A DNA stretch of 64,000 nucleotides from NCBI GenBank assembly GCA_951406725.2, contig OX597837.1, forward strand, positions 24,118,001-24,182,000, read 5' to 3'. Source of the DNA: Octopus vulgaris. Taxonomy: Eukaryota. The notes beneath the pieces are model-generated. The model was not told where the DNA came from. It did no database searches and saw nothing but the letters and a program-made list of their open reading frames with translations. Made by a program: the position numbers and the translations under genes. Below, in pieces: positions 28,633 to 42,929 of this stretch (position 1 is the stretch's first letter; each line of letters starts with the position of its first letter).

Positions 28633-31600
28633 CAATGTATTTAGTTGTTTCTGCAACTCGAAATATTCTGTAGAATTCGTGTCTGCAAGTTCTTTCGACC
28701 AAACGGCACCTTTTATTATAGTAAATCTTCCATTAATCGTCAGTGGTCCTCCTTGTATTTCTGCTTCAGGAGTGCTTTTCCATGGAATTTCTGTAGAGAA
28801 ACTACTACTTGTAGTAGCATCATTATTTGTAGTAGTAGGAGTAGTAGTAGAAGTAGTAGCAGTAGCAACCTTTTCAGTAGTAGTGGCTGTTGTAGTTGCT
28901 ACTGTTGTTGTTGTAGTTGCTGTTGTTGTTGTTGTTGTCGCTGCAGAAGTGCTTGCTTCACTAGTGTCTATTGTACTACGTTCAGTGGAACCCAGTGTGG
29001 ATGAGGGAGTAATCGGTGTGCTTCCTGTTTCTGTATCATTTATGTTGTGGGGCTTTGACTTGGTTGACAAAATGTGCGTAGTGCTGCTTGTGGCCGTTGT
29101 CAAACCTTCAGAACTTGTCTCGGTCACCGTTTCATTATCTGTCGTAGATGATGTAGGAAGCTGGGACCGCGATGTTGTAGGTTCGGTTGTAGAGGGAGTG
29201 TTTGTAGATTCAACCGTAGGCGAGGTTGTTGGAGATTCGGTTGTGGGTGGGGTTGTTGGAAGTTCGGTTGCAGGAAAGGTTATCGGCGGTTCGGTTGTGG
29301 GCGAGGTGGTCGACGGTTCGGTTGCAGGGAGAGTTGTTGAATGTTCGGTTGTTAGCGGAGTTGTTGGAGGTTCGGTTGTGGGCGGGGTCGTCTGAGGTTC
29401 GGTTGCAGGAAAGGTTGTTGGAGGTTCGGTTGTGGGCGGGGTCGTCGGAGGTTCGGTTGTGGGCAGGGTCGTTAGAGGTTCGGTTGCAGGAAGGGTTGTT
29501 GGAGATTCAGTTGTGGGCGGAGTTGTTGGAGGTTCGGTTGTGGGAGGGGTCGTTGGAGGTTGGGTTGCAGGAAAGGTTGTTAGAGGTTCGGTTGTGGGCG
29601 GAGTTGAGGGTTCGGTTGTAGATGGGGTTGGTGGAGGTTCGGTTGTGGGAAGAGTTGTTGGAGGCTCAGTTGTGGACGGGGTTGCTGAAGGTTCGGTTGT
29701 GGACGGGATTGCTGGGGGTTCGGTTATGAGTGAGGTTGTTGGGAGTTCGGTTGTGGGCGGAGTTGTAGGTTCGGTTGTGGGAAGGATTGTTGTAGCTTCG
29801 GACATGAGCGGGGTTATTGAAGGCTCAGTTGTGGCTGGGGTTGTAGATTCGGTTGTGGATGGGATTGTTGGAAGTTCGATTATGGGCGAGGTTGCTGGAG
29901 GTTCGGTTGTGGGCGAGGTTGTTGGAGGTTCGGTTGTGGGTGGGGTTGTTGGAGGTTCATTTGTGAGCAGAGTGGTTGCGGTCTGAGTTATTACTGAATC
30001 TGTTGAAGGTACGGTTGTGTTCGAAGTCGCTGAAGATTCACTTGTACCCGGGGTGGTTGAAGACTCAAATATTACAGGGAAGACTGAAGTTTCTGTTGTT
30101 GCTTCGTTTGTGGACGATGACCTGGATGTAATTGTAACGGGTGGAGATTGGTGGCTGATCGGGGTGATTGTAGATGGCTCAGATGTGGTTGAAATGTATG
30201 AAGGCTCGTATGTGGTTGAGTTAGTAGGAAATTCCGGTGTGATCGAGGCGGATGCAGACTCGGATGTAGCTGAGCTGGCTACAGCAGTTTGTGAGCTCAA
30301 AGGTACCTGAACAGTTGAAGAAAAACTTGAAAGTAATGTGTCCGATGTAGCTTGAGATAACGTTGATGATTCATTTACCGTTAGACCGACTGATTCGCCT
30401 GTTGATGCTACAGTGGCACTCTGAGTTGTTATAAATGACTCACCAGTGTCCCGAGTGGCTGTTGAAAAATTTGTTATGTCTAGGTTGAGTGTTGAGGTTT
30501 CAGTAATGCTCTGTGTAGCTGCTGAGGCATCAACGGTGCTCTGGTTGACTGTCGAGAAATCAAATGTGTTTTGGGGGAGAGTTGAGGATTCTGGTGAGCC
30601 TTCGGTTACTTTCGAGAACTCAGTTGTACCTTTTGTTTCTGTTGCAGTCTCAGTTGTATCTTGAAATGTTTTTGAAGACTCAAATGTGAAGTCAGTTGCT
30701 TGTGTAATAGGCGTTTCCTCTAAGAACTGAGTCGTTGTAGCCTGGGAAGTTGAAAAGGATGTAGTTTCTAAGTCGGTTGAAAATAACCCGAATGTGTGTG
30801 CTGCGGGAGTAGAGGGTTCATCTGTACTAGGAATGACTGTGGACGACTCAGACGTAGCCTGTACTGGTGTAGTAATTTCATTTGTGAATGATTCAGTTAT
30901 ATACTGAGACGACGATGATGATGAAGATGTTGATGATGGTGTTGATGATGACGACAACGATGACAATTCCCCATTGAAAAGAGTGGACTCAGGTGCTCTT
31001 GAAGTAGATGTAGGTTCTTCACTTGTAGACTGTGTATTTGTAAACTGCTCGACTGTTGACTGGATGGAGTGAACTGGTAATGTAACATTATGTGATTCAG
31101 TAGTTGACTGAAGGTCACTAGTTGGCCCCACTGACGGAACGTCTGTAGGCTGCTCAGTGCTAGACTGAGCAGCTGTAGTTTCCCCAACCGTAGTCAGCTC
31201 AACAGTAGCTGTTCCAGCTGCAGTCAAGTCAACTGTAGTTGGTTCAATTGTAGTCGGCTCATGTGTTGACTCAACTGTAGTCAGCTCAACTGTAGTCGGT
31301 TCAACTGTAGTCGGCTCAACTGTAGTCGGCTCAACTGTAGTCGGCTCAACTGTAGTCAGCTCAACTGTAGTCAGATCAACTGTAGTCGGCTCATTTGTTG
31401 TTGTCTCAACTGTAGTCAGCTCAACTGTTGTCCCAGTTATAGTTGCCTCAACTGTGCCTATTCGAGCAGTAGTCGGCTCAACTGTAGTTTTCTCCACTGT
31501 AGATGTCGGAGTTGTAGTTGCTTCAGCTGTGATTCTCCGAGCTGTAGTCGGCTCAACGGTAGCCGGTTCGACTGTGGTCGGCTCAACTGTAGTTTGCTCA

Positions 31601-34028
31601 ACTGTAGTCGGTTGAACTGTAGTTAGGTCAACTGTAGTCTGTTCAAGTGAAGTCGGCTCAACTGTAGTTGATTCAACTTTTATCAGGTCAATTGTTGTTG
31701 TCTCAGGTGTAGTCGTCTCAACTGTACGCGGTTCAGTTGTCTCAGTTGTAGTTTTTTCGACTGTGTCTATCCGAGATGTAGTCGGTTTAACTCTAGTTGA
31801 CTGAACTGTAGTCGACTCAACTGTAGTTAGCTCAACTGTAGTCGGCTCAACTGTAGTCAGCTCAACCGTAGTTGTCCTAGCTGTAGTCGGCTCACCTGTA
31901 GTTAGCTCAATTATAGTCGGCTCAACTGTAGTTAGCTCAACTGTAGTCGGCTCAACTGTAGTTGTCCTAGATGTAGTCGGCTCAACTGTAGTTATCCTAG
32001 CTGTAGTCGGCTTACCTGTAGTTAGCTCAACTGTAGTCGGCTCAACTGTAGTTGTCCTAGCTGTAGTCGGCTCAACTGTAGTTAGCTCATTTATAGTCGG
32101 CTCAACTGTAGTCAGCTCAGCTGTAGTCGACTCAACTGTAGTCGGCTTATTTGTTGTTATCCTAGTTGTTGTGGGCTCAACTGTTGTTCCAGCAGTGGTT
32201 GCCTCAACTGTGCTTGTTTGAGCTGTAGTTGGCACATCCGTTGTCGACTCAACTGTAGTTGTCCCAGTTGTAGTTGACTGAACTGTAGTCGGCTCAGTTG
32301 TTGTGGCCTCAAGTGTAGACGTCTCAACTGGAGTTGTTCTCGCCGTAGTTGCTTCGGTAGTACTTCTCTGAGTCATAGCCGGCTCAACTGTTGTGGTCTC
32401 CGCTGTAGTCAGCCTGGCTGTAGTTGTCGCCGATGTAGTCGGCTCAAGTGTAGTCGCTTCAGTTGTGGTTGTGTCAGCTATAACTGTTTCAGCTCCAGGC
32501 AGTTTGTTTGTGGTCAACGTAGCTGTAGTTGAGCTAGCTGTAGGTAGTTCAAACGTGTCCGTCCGTGTTGTTGTCGGTTTAACTGTAGTTGTCTCAGTTG
32601 TAAACTGAGAAGGGGTTGTCAGTTCAGTTGGTGACTGGGAAGCTGTATGCTGATTAGTTGTAACTGGAATGACAGAAGCCGCTTTGCTCTCAGAGTGAGG
32701 GACTATAATATCAGATGTTATATGCTGATTGGTTGTGTATTGCTTATCTGCAGACGAAATAGTTGTAAATGATTCGGAGACTGACTGAGTGGCTGTAGAC
32801 TGAGTGTGTGTAGATTGAGTAGTTACAGATGAACTCATTGTAGACTGAGTCTCTGTAGAAGGCTCAGCAGAAGAACGAGTGACTGTTGACTTAGAGTCAG
32901 TACTCTGAGTAATCGTAGATTGTGTAGTTGTAGACTTTGGCACTAGAGTTTGAGAGTCTGTGGATTTGGTGGTCACGGACTGGGCAGCCGAAAATTGCGT
33001 GGTCGTTGACTGAGTTGTCGCAGCCTGGGTAGCTGCAGCGGCATTAGCTGTGGCCTGAGCAACTGTCGACTGAACTACCGTAGTCGTAGGAACTATAGAT
33101 GAATTAGGTTTAGTGCTAAAATCTAAGGAAACATCATTTGGTTTATTCGTTGGCAATTTTGTATTTGTTGTTGGATGAGTCCCTGAGAAAGTTGTTGATA
33201 ATGATGGTGGTATGGCTGATGTTTCCGTTTCAGCGACAAGATTTGCGTTATTGAGAATGGCTGCCTCTTTTGTTGGAACCCTTTTGGAAGTTGTCGGAAT
33301 CACCCGTGAAATCATTGTTGTTTTTGATGCTATCGTCTGCGGCACTGAAGTTATCTGCGGGTTGATCGCTGTCGTCTGGTATTCAGCATAGCCCACTAAC
33401 GAATCACTCTCTTTTAGATTCAATTTCACTGTTTCTGGAGAGACACCAAACGAATTATCATTGTCTTCTAAATAAGTTTTCAATGAAAATTCTTGCTGTG
33501 AATCATCATTCGTTTGGTTATTTTGCTTCTTTTCTTCATGCAACGATTCACTGCGAACTGTGGGGTTCATTGTAGCTACAAAATGTTCTGCTCCCTGCAT
33601 AATAACTGGAGTATTTACTTCCAAATGTGATTTGTCTGAAGTAACATTTTTCACAATTGTCGCTTCGTGATCAGTGGATGTAAAGATTCTCGAATCGTTC
33701 TTAACTGGAGCCGCTATTTTCAATGCTTGCCGTGCTTCGTCTACAACATTTGCCGAAGTAATTTCCAGCAGAGGATGTGCAATAGTTGCAAGCGACAACG
33801 AACTTGGCGTCGTTACAAACCGATGTACATCGTTAGGTTTAACAGTCGTTTGACTAAGAGAAGTAGCTGTATGAAAGATATTCGAGACGAAACTTAAATG
33901 CTTCTTTTCATCTAAACCTGGTTCAGTCGAACTAAAAGAATCCGGAAATTTTGAAAATGGCAACTCTTCGCCTTGATAAAACTGATTGGTTGGTGAAGTA
34001 TAGTTTCCAGTAAAATCTGCTCGGGACT
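28633..34028 (-). CDS. Large mucin (PTS) exon of a transmembrane SEA-domain mucin, ending in the first part of the SEA domain
   Basis: Lies within the 1825-aa ORF 28606-34083. Thr/Ser/Pro/Glu-rich with TTVEP and PTTEPPTT repeats. Acceptor ttttttccttgtcttacag|AG (phase 1) at 34028. Ends ...RFTIIKGAVWSKELADTNSTEYFELQKQLNTL|gttggt (phase 0), which resembles a SEA N-terminus. Confidence 0.9.
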
Positions 34029-34436
34029 CTGTAAGACAAGGAAAAAAATGCTGTAGTATTATAATGGTTTCGAATTTTGGCACAGGGCCTGCAATTTTAG
34101 GGGGCGAGGGTTGTCGGTGTAATTTATTTTATCGTCCCCGAAAGGATGAAAGGCAAAGTCAACTTCGGTGGAATCTGAACTCAAAACAAAACCGGAAGAA
34201 AAGACGCTAAGCATTTTGTCCGACATGCTAATGATTCTGCCAGATCACCACCTTAATAACAACAACAACAATAATGATAACAATAATAATAATAATAAAT
34301 ATAGAAATAAAAAATAGAAGAGTAGCATAGTTATCATGTGAAATTGGTTGAACGATATTTCAGCATATAGCGTGCCTTCCACAGGTTCAAAAAATTACTA
34401 TTTTTTATTTCTGTATAACCTCAGTCCTATATAATC

Positions 34437-34483
<47 letters not shown>

Positions 34484-34840
34484 CCTTTCTACTATAGGCA
34501 CAAAACATGAAATTTGGGGGATGGGGAAAGTCGATTACATCGACCCCAGTCTTCAACTGGTACTTATTTTATTGACCCCGAAAGGATGATAGGCAAAGTC
34601 GACCCCGGCAGCATTTGAACTCAGAACGTAAGGACGGACGAAATGCCACTAAGAATTTTAACCGGCGTACTAACGATTCTGCCGGTTCGCCGGCTTAATA
34701 TTAACAACAACAACAACAACAAGTTGGACATGAAGGAATGTAGTGACCTCCCTAAAATCCACAATAGTAAAGAAAAATGACAAAATGATCCGTCAGGCGA
34801 AGACGGCCCTAAATCCATCGTAAATAAAAATGAACTAGAC

Positions 34841-35217
34841 ATTACAGCCTTGAATGGGGTACTCCATGCTGCTGCAAGCTAGACAGAAAGGCAGAAATAA
34901 AGAACGGAAAAAGATCGACCAAGCAGTGGTACTTCGTTTATCGACCCTCGGAAGGAGGAAAGGCAAAGCTGACCTGGACAGGATTTGAACGCATAACATC
35001 AAGAATCCGAACTGATCATGGTTACAGAATTACAGCTTTTAATGGGGTATTCCATGCTGCTGCAATCTAGACAGAAAGACAGAAATAAAGAACGGAAAAA
35101 GCTCGACCAAGCAGTGGTACTTTGTTTATCGACCCTCGGAAGGAGGAAAGGCAAAGCTGACCTGGACGGGATTTGAACGCATAACACCAAGAATCCGAAC
35201 TGATCATGGTTACAGAT
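34841..35217. repeat. Tandem duplication, 2 x ~187 bp, containing a diverged SINE core
   Basis: ATTACAGC...GATCATGGTTACAGA is repeated starting at 34841 and 35028. Confidence 0.9.
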
Positions 35218-35605
35218 CAACAAGAAACGTATACAAGATGTGGAAGTGGTTTGTGTGTATGGATACGTTTCATGATGTGTACGATGTTTGTGTGTGTGTG
35301 TGTGAGTGTGTAAATAAAGGGAGTGAAGCACCACACCTAAAACCGCAAATATATTAAGATATTTTATTCAAAAAAGAATTCCATTGATTTCCTCGTTTAG
35401 AATATATTAAGGAATGTGTAGGTGCGTGTGGGTGTTATGTGCGCATGTCACTTCTGTATATCTATAATGGCCGTTCATATTTCAGTCAATTAGTCAATCT
35501 CTCTCACGTTTTCCCTTCCTTTGATTCAATATTTCTTTCTCCCTTTCTTTAGTTCAATCTACTTCTCTTTCTCCTACATTTTAATAGATAGATAGACAGA
35601 CAGAC

Positions 35606-35723
<118 letters not shown>

Positions 35724-35728
35724 TCAGT

Positions 35729-35805
<77 letters not shown>

Positions 35806-36105
35806 GGGGAGAGAGGGAGAGAGGGAGAGAGAGAGAGATATAATGATGCAAATAAACAAATAAAACTGCTTGGGCTAAATAAACAAAATATACATTTTTG
35901 CATATTTTGTATATTTAACCCAAGCGGTTTAATTTGTTTATCTGCACCATTATCTCTGTATCTGCATACCTGCATTCTTCTTATAACCACTCTTTACTCT
36001 GTAGACTTAGTCCTCAGTAAAGATATCGAAGTGCAAGCTGAAATCATTTGAGCACTACTAAGTGTTTTCTATATTGAGCATCTCTGGATCTCACCTGTTA
36101 ACCAT

Positions 36106-36142
<37 letters not shown>

Positions 36143-36343
36143 CAATAACAATATAGGGTGAAATTAATTAATTTGGAATAATCCTTAATTTCACCAAGTA
36201 GATTTCGGCATGTAAAAGCCCCATTCAAGGAAGGTTTAAGTAATACTAAGTAATTAAGGGTTTAGCAACGATTTGCCTCACCATTTGCCTCACGATTTGC
36301 CTCGGTGTGTGGTGAGGCAAATCGTTGCTAATTACCTTAATTA

Positions 36344-36421
<78 letters not shown>

Positions 36422-36602
36422 CTTTATAATAGGGTTCAGCAAAGATTTGCTTTTACCACATACCGAAGTTTAGAAATAGCAGCCAAAGAACCTTAGCTAT
36501 TTCCTCTACTTTAAAAAGAGACTCCCGGAAAAAACAAATTACTCGAAAACAATCCACGAAGGCAGAGAGGAAAAATAACGAAAACCAATCGATATTAGAT
36601 TA

Positions 36603-36685
36603 CCCATGTACGCGTTTCGGAATTAGGTCGGTATAAAGAATGTGCAATTTATACTTTACCCGAACATTTTCTTCATCAGCATGGG
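36603..36685 (-). ncRNA. Minimal type I hammerhead ribozyme with long stem II
   Basis: cccatg-CTGATGA-...gtataaa/tttatac...-GAAA-cgcg-TA-catggg. Confidence 0.75.
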
Positions 36686-37001
36686 ACTTCACAATATTAA
36701 ATATTAAAAATATTAAATTCGAAGGCACTGGAGGAACTGAACATATCTCTCCAACTAACGGTATCAGACATCAAATTCAACGTCAGTACCGCCGAATTTT
36801 AAAATATACGAATAAAGTTCATCACCTTCCCCTGCCCACCCACGTGTGTCGTCAAGTAAAATACTACAGAAAAACTCTGCAGTTTATTATCATAAATATA
36901 TATATATATATATATACATACACACATACGTACATATATATTGAGAAAAAAGGTCGTCAAACTTTTGGAAAACGGATTGTTCATTATAAAACAAAAACAT
37001 C

Positions 37002-37067
<66 letters not shown>

Positions 37068-37355
37068 AAAAGCTGTTTGTACATTCACAAAATTGTATTT
37101 GACAAGTTCTAGAGAGGAACGAAAGCGCTAATTATAATGAAGAGATAGAAAGGATTTTTCCAAAATTCTGATGACTTTTTCTCAGTATTCAATTCAGTAC
37201 ATTACACCTAACACACTCTCTGTTTCTCTCTTTCTCTCTCTACATATATATATATATATATATAATTGAGATTCAGTTGAATTAGGTACTGAAGTTGAAA
37301 CACCAGATCAGTGCGGTATTATCCGTACAACTCAAAGTAAGGTGAATAAAATCAA

Positions 37356-37555
37356 AATAAGCAACAGGATATCAAGAGTTGATGCAGTACGACCGTTTCA
37401 AGCGGATCCATTTAATTGAACAATGCAATCATTACATCAATTTAAATGCAGGGATAGCCCTGTATTTAAACTGATGCAATGATTGCATTGTTCAATTAAA
37501 TGGAGTCGCTTGAAACGGTCGTAGTGCATCACCTCTTGATATCCTGTTGCTTATT
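37356..37555. mobile_element. Fold-back inverted repeat (98-bp arms, 4-nt loop)
   Basis: 37356-37453 is approximately the reverse complement of 37458-37555. Carries GAAA-cgg-TC, a possible hammerhead 3' half. Confidence 0.7.
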
Positions 37556-37559
37556 ATAT

Positions 37560-37758
37560 ATTGCAAGAAAACAGCTAGGTTTCTTTCCTAAATGTTTTAC
37601 ATAGTTCAACCTATACAAGGGAATGTGCGAAAAACAAATAGGAATTTTGAGAGCAGTATCTATAAAACTAGATTTTAAACACTGAATGACTGTCGGAGTT
37701 CATTGGAACAGAAGAATAATCAAAGGGGTCCCTAGATAAAAATTGGTTGAGAATCCCT
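37560..37758. mobile_element. hAT-like MITE end
   Basis: Ends in TGGTTGAGAATCCCT. A reverse copy lies at 46335-46540 and a related copy at 56820-57366. Confidence 0.6.
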
Positions 37759-39183
37759 TTGAAGTGATGCCCCAGCATGACCACAGTCCAATGACTGAAA
37801 CAAGTAAAAGATAAAAGATAATCATTTAGTGTGCCTCACACGACTTTTTTTTATTACAAATTAGAGATATATAACTCTTACCGAGAAGTGTCCTATTTTG
37901 AATTTTATATATGTCCTCATCCAAATAACTAAGTCGATAATATTTTTAAAAAATAAATAGTGACACTGTATGGTAAGAAACTTGCTTCCCAGTCTCGTGG
38001 TTTCGGGTTCAAATCCATTGCGTGGCACCTTGGACAAGTGTCTTCTACTATAGCCTCGGGCCGACCAAAACCTTGTGAGTGGATTTGGTAGACGGAAACA
38101 GAAAGAAGCCCTTCGAATATATACATGTGAGTGTGTGTGTGTGTTTGTCGGTCCCCCTCCACCGCTTGACAACCGGTGTTGACGTGTTTACGTCCCAGTA
38201 AATTAGCAGTTAGGCAAAGAGAGACGGATAGAATAAGTACCAGGGTTAAAGAAAAAAAAGAAAAAAATCAAGCACGCGGGGGGATTTCGATTATTTCGAC
38301 TAAAAGTTCTTCGAGGCGGTGCCACAGCATGGCCGCAGTCGAACAACTGAAACAAGTAAAAGAATAAATAAAAGATTCTGAACATACAAACCGAACGTTC
38401 ATCCATCGGTCGTATGCAACATGTCCGCCACAATATTTTTTCTATTTTTCCATCTAATTATTTCTTCTATATCCCTATGCCTACCGTAAAAAAAATCTTA
38501 CATCATGTAGTAAGTAAATCACTTTGGAACACCTCGTCACCTTGTCCCCGAATTCATGTCTATTTATAACCTCTAACTCGTCAGCAGTCTCACACTTTCA
38601 TACCTCAAATTTAAAGACCGGTGTTGCCTGCCTGCCTGGAAAACCACATTTAAGAAAATAAATTACTATCTCCACCACCCGTCCACGATTAAAGCAACGA
38701 CAAATGCAACATTGCTGTGATTGGTTATTACACGTGTCCAAGGTTTTCTTAACCTGAAAACGAAAATCCGGTGAATATATATACATTAAGCACGCCTAGT
38801 TCGTTAAAAGCATTATACCATAGTACAACAGTTACGTAGAATTCCATTTAGAGGCGACTCTTCATGCGTCGTTAATAAGACTGCAGATGAGAATTATTAT
38901 TATTATTAAATATTTTAAGATAACTGCGTTTAAGTCAGCCAAGAAAGATATGAAATCGCGTGCTCACACACAGGCATGCATGCATACATATGTATATATA
39001 TACGTTTGTATCGACCGTGTGGTGTACTAAGGAGCCATTCTCGTCAGCTCACTTCGAACGGACGTTAATCCATATATAAGCATGCATGCATGTATGTATG
39101 TATGTATGTATGTATGTATGTATGTATGTATGTATGTATGTATGTATGTATGTATGCATGCATGCATGCATACACACACGTAC

Positions 39184-39218
<35 letters not shown>

Positions 39219-39774
39219 GATCTTGCATGCATGAAGTAGATTCGATCCACCACAGCCAAATTTAAATTAACACCGCTACAGAACTGTTCCCACAGTGGAA
39301 CAATGGTTTTCCTCTGACAGCAGTTTTACATTTTCCAGCTGCCTTTAGCAAGGCCGAAATAATGTCTTCACCACTTGACCCTTTCTAACCTCTTCTACTT
39401 CACCAAAAGCTAGAATAGAGATAACAAGACCACCAACTAAATCTATTGTTCTCAATGATATATCTATCCTTCTGGATAGTTGCATAAGCCAGTACATCCC
39501 AAGCAAAAATCAGTTCCTCACAGTCGTGACGACTCAACGGAGTTTGTCACTTGTCGACAACTGAACGAGGCAGTTAATGAAAGGACTGCTAGAATATAAT
39601 GGTCAGCGAGAGAAATGAAAATCCCTGTCAGCAGCTGTGAGACAACACCTTACAATTCTATCTCTCTCGGTAATTACTACTACTAAACAACGAAGAGGAC
39701 ACAAACACAAACTTTACTTTTGCGTGCTTTTGGATTTATTATAACCTGCCCGTCGAGGCATGGTATTGTAACGT

Positions 39775-40007
39775 AACGGAGCTAGCAGAAGCGTTAGCAC
39801 ACCGGGCGAAATGCTTTGCGGTACTTCGTCTGTCGCTATGTTCTGAGTTCAAATTCCGCCGAGGTCGACTTTGCCTTTCATCCTTTCGGGGTCGATAAAT
39901 TAAGTACCAGTTACGCACTGGGGTCGATGTAATCGACATAATACCTATGTCTGTCCTTGTTTGTCCCCTCTATGTTTAGCCCCTTGTGGATAATAAAGAA
40001 ATAGGTA
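39775..40007 (+). mobile_element. SINE family D monomer
   Basis: Head, core and tail ending AAAGAAATAGGT. Other copies at 41908-42140, 12995-13172 and 16588-16790. Confidence 0.85.
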
Positions 40008-40681
40008 AAATAAATACTTTCTTAAAACTTTATGCATTGTCCATCTTAAAGTAAGCAACCAATAATAACAACAAACATTTTATCATCATAACTACTGAGT
40101 CCAACATTTCATCATGATAATGTGTACCTAATCAATTTCAACGGTTACAATTGTTTATGCGTATAAACTTTCGAGAGAATGACACAATTCGTTTTTTGGA
40201 ACAGTGGATATCGAAGCATATAAAGCTATAAGTAATAGGATGTAAATATTAGTCTAAAAACCTATACATGTATATGCGTGTGTATATTACTCATTTACTT
40301 GTTTCAGTCATTTGACTATGGCCATACTGGAGCACTGCCTTTAGTCGATCAAATCGACCCCAGGACTTATTCTTTGTAAGCCTAGTACTTATTCTATTGG
40401 TCTCTTTTGCCAAACCGCTAAATTACGGGGACGTAAACACACCAGCATCGGTTGTCAAGCGATGTTGGAGGGACAAACACAGACACACAAATACACACAC
40501 ACACACACATATATATATATACATATATACGACGGGCTTCTTTCAGTTTCCGTCTACGAAATCCACTCACAAGGCTTTGGTCGGCCCGAGGCTATAGTAG
40601 AAGACGCCCAAGGTGCCTCGCAGTCGGGCTGAACCCGGAACCATGTGGTTTGCAAGCAACCTACTTATCACATACCCACTC

Positions 40682-41401
<720 letters not shown>

Positions 41402-41446
41402 CCAGTTAAATGAAGAAAAGAAAATAGAGGGTAGGAAGTTAATCGA

Positions 41447-41797
41447 GGCACTCCGTCGGTTACGACGACGAGGGTTCCAATTGATCCGATTAACAGAACA
41501 GCCTGCTCGTGAAATTAACGTGCAAGTGGCTGAGCACTCCACAGACTCGTGCACCCTTAATGTAGTTGTCGGGTAGATTCAGCGTAACACAAATTGTGGC
41601 AAGGCTAGCCCCTTTGAAATACAGGTTCAACAGAAACAGGAAGAAAGCGTGAGAGAAAGTTGTGATGAAAGAGTATAGCATGGTTCGCCACCGCCCCCTG
41701 CCGCGGTCTCGTGGATCTTTAGGTGTTTTCACTCAATAAACCGCGACCTTTCGACCGCGAGTCCGCTGCCTTAACCACTGGGCCATTGCACCTCCAC
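41447..41797 (-). mobile_element. SINE family A, diverged
   Basis: TSD aggaagttaa at 41433-41442 and 41798-41807. Confidence 0.85.
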
Positions 41798-42544
41798 AGG
41801 AAGTTAAATTATTTATTAGTAGCAAATTACTATTAACCTTCTACCTTCCATTTTCTTTTGTTCATTTAACTGGATATAAACTATATGTTTAATATATAGC
41901 TATCGTAAGGTGGTGAGCTGGTAGAATCGTTAGCACGCCGGTCGAAATGCTTAGTGGTATTTCGTCTGTCTTTATGTTCTGAGTTCAAATTCCGCCGAAG
42001 TTGACTTTGCCATTCATCCTTTCGGGGTCGATTAAATAAGTACCAGTTACGCACTAGAGTCGATGTAATCGACTTAATCCCTTTGTTTGTCCATGTTTGT
42101 CCCCTGTACATTTAGCTACCTGTGGGCAATAAAGAAATAAATATATACCTATCGTTTTAGGGGGTTTCGTTCCCCAGTAATACTAGGTATTGAACCAGTA
42201 TTTCCTTGGGTTTTAGGGTTAGGGTTGTCATAAATAACAGTGATAAACGAAATATACACCGCCGGAAGTTCTTGTTGACAAACAAAAGCAGTAATTTTAT
42301 TCAGCTGAATACACGTCATTGATTGGTTGAAATTACCAAAATACGAGAACTTAAACGTGAAATAACTTCGTAAATATAAGTTTTTCTCAAAAATGCTAAG
42401 AGTAAAACATGTTTTATATGACACATTCTACCAGTGTCCGAAGTTTGAAAGTGTTTAGTTACAAAAAATTATTTTTTAACTCTGTAGGTCAAAAGGTAAA
42501 GAACCAAATCTTAAATGGACCCTGGTTGAGAACTACTGATGATG

Positions 42545-42929
42545 ATGGAAGCACTCCGTCGGTTACGACGATGAGGGTTCCGGTTGATCCGAATCAACGG
42601 AACAGCCTGCTCGTGAAATTAACGTGTAAATGGCTGAGCACTCCACAGACACGTGTACCCTTAACGTAGTTCTCGGGGATATTCAGCGTGACACAGAGAG
42701 TGACAAGGCCGGCCCTTTGAAGTACAGGTACAACAGAAACAGGAAGTAAGAGTGAGAGAAAGTTGTGGTGAAAGAGTACAGCAGGGATCACCACCATCCC
42801 CTGCCGGAGCCTCGTGGAGCTTTAGGTGTTTTCGCTCAATAAACACTCACGACGCCCGGTCTGGGAATCGAAACCACGATCCTATGACCGCGAGTCCGCT
42901 GCCCTAACCACTGGGCCATTGCGCCTCCA
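42545..42929 (-). mobile_element. SINE family A, full length
   Basis: 13-bp TSD gagaactactgat at 42528-42540 and 42932-42944. Confidence 0.9.

Noticed and set aside
28645-33897. Plus-strand Val/Gly-rich ORFs
   Set aside because: Antisense shadows of the mucin repeats.
34029-34083. Start of the 1825-aa ORF (MPKFETII...)
   Set aside because: It is a non-ATG start upstream of a strong splice acceptor and overlaps SINE-derived sequence, so it is intronic.
36190-36235. ggc/gcc-GAAA hairpin with TTGAATG as a hammerhead
   Set aside because: Positions 3 and 8 do not pair, A9 is missing and there is no stem I.
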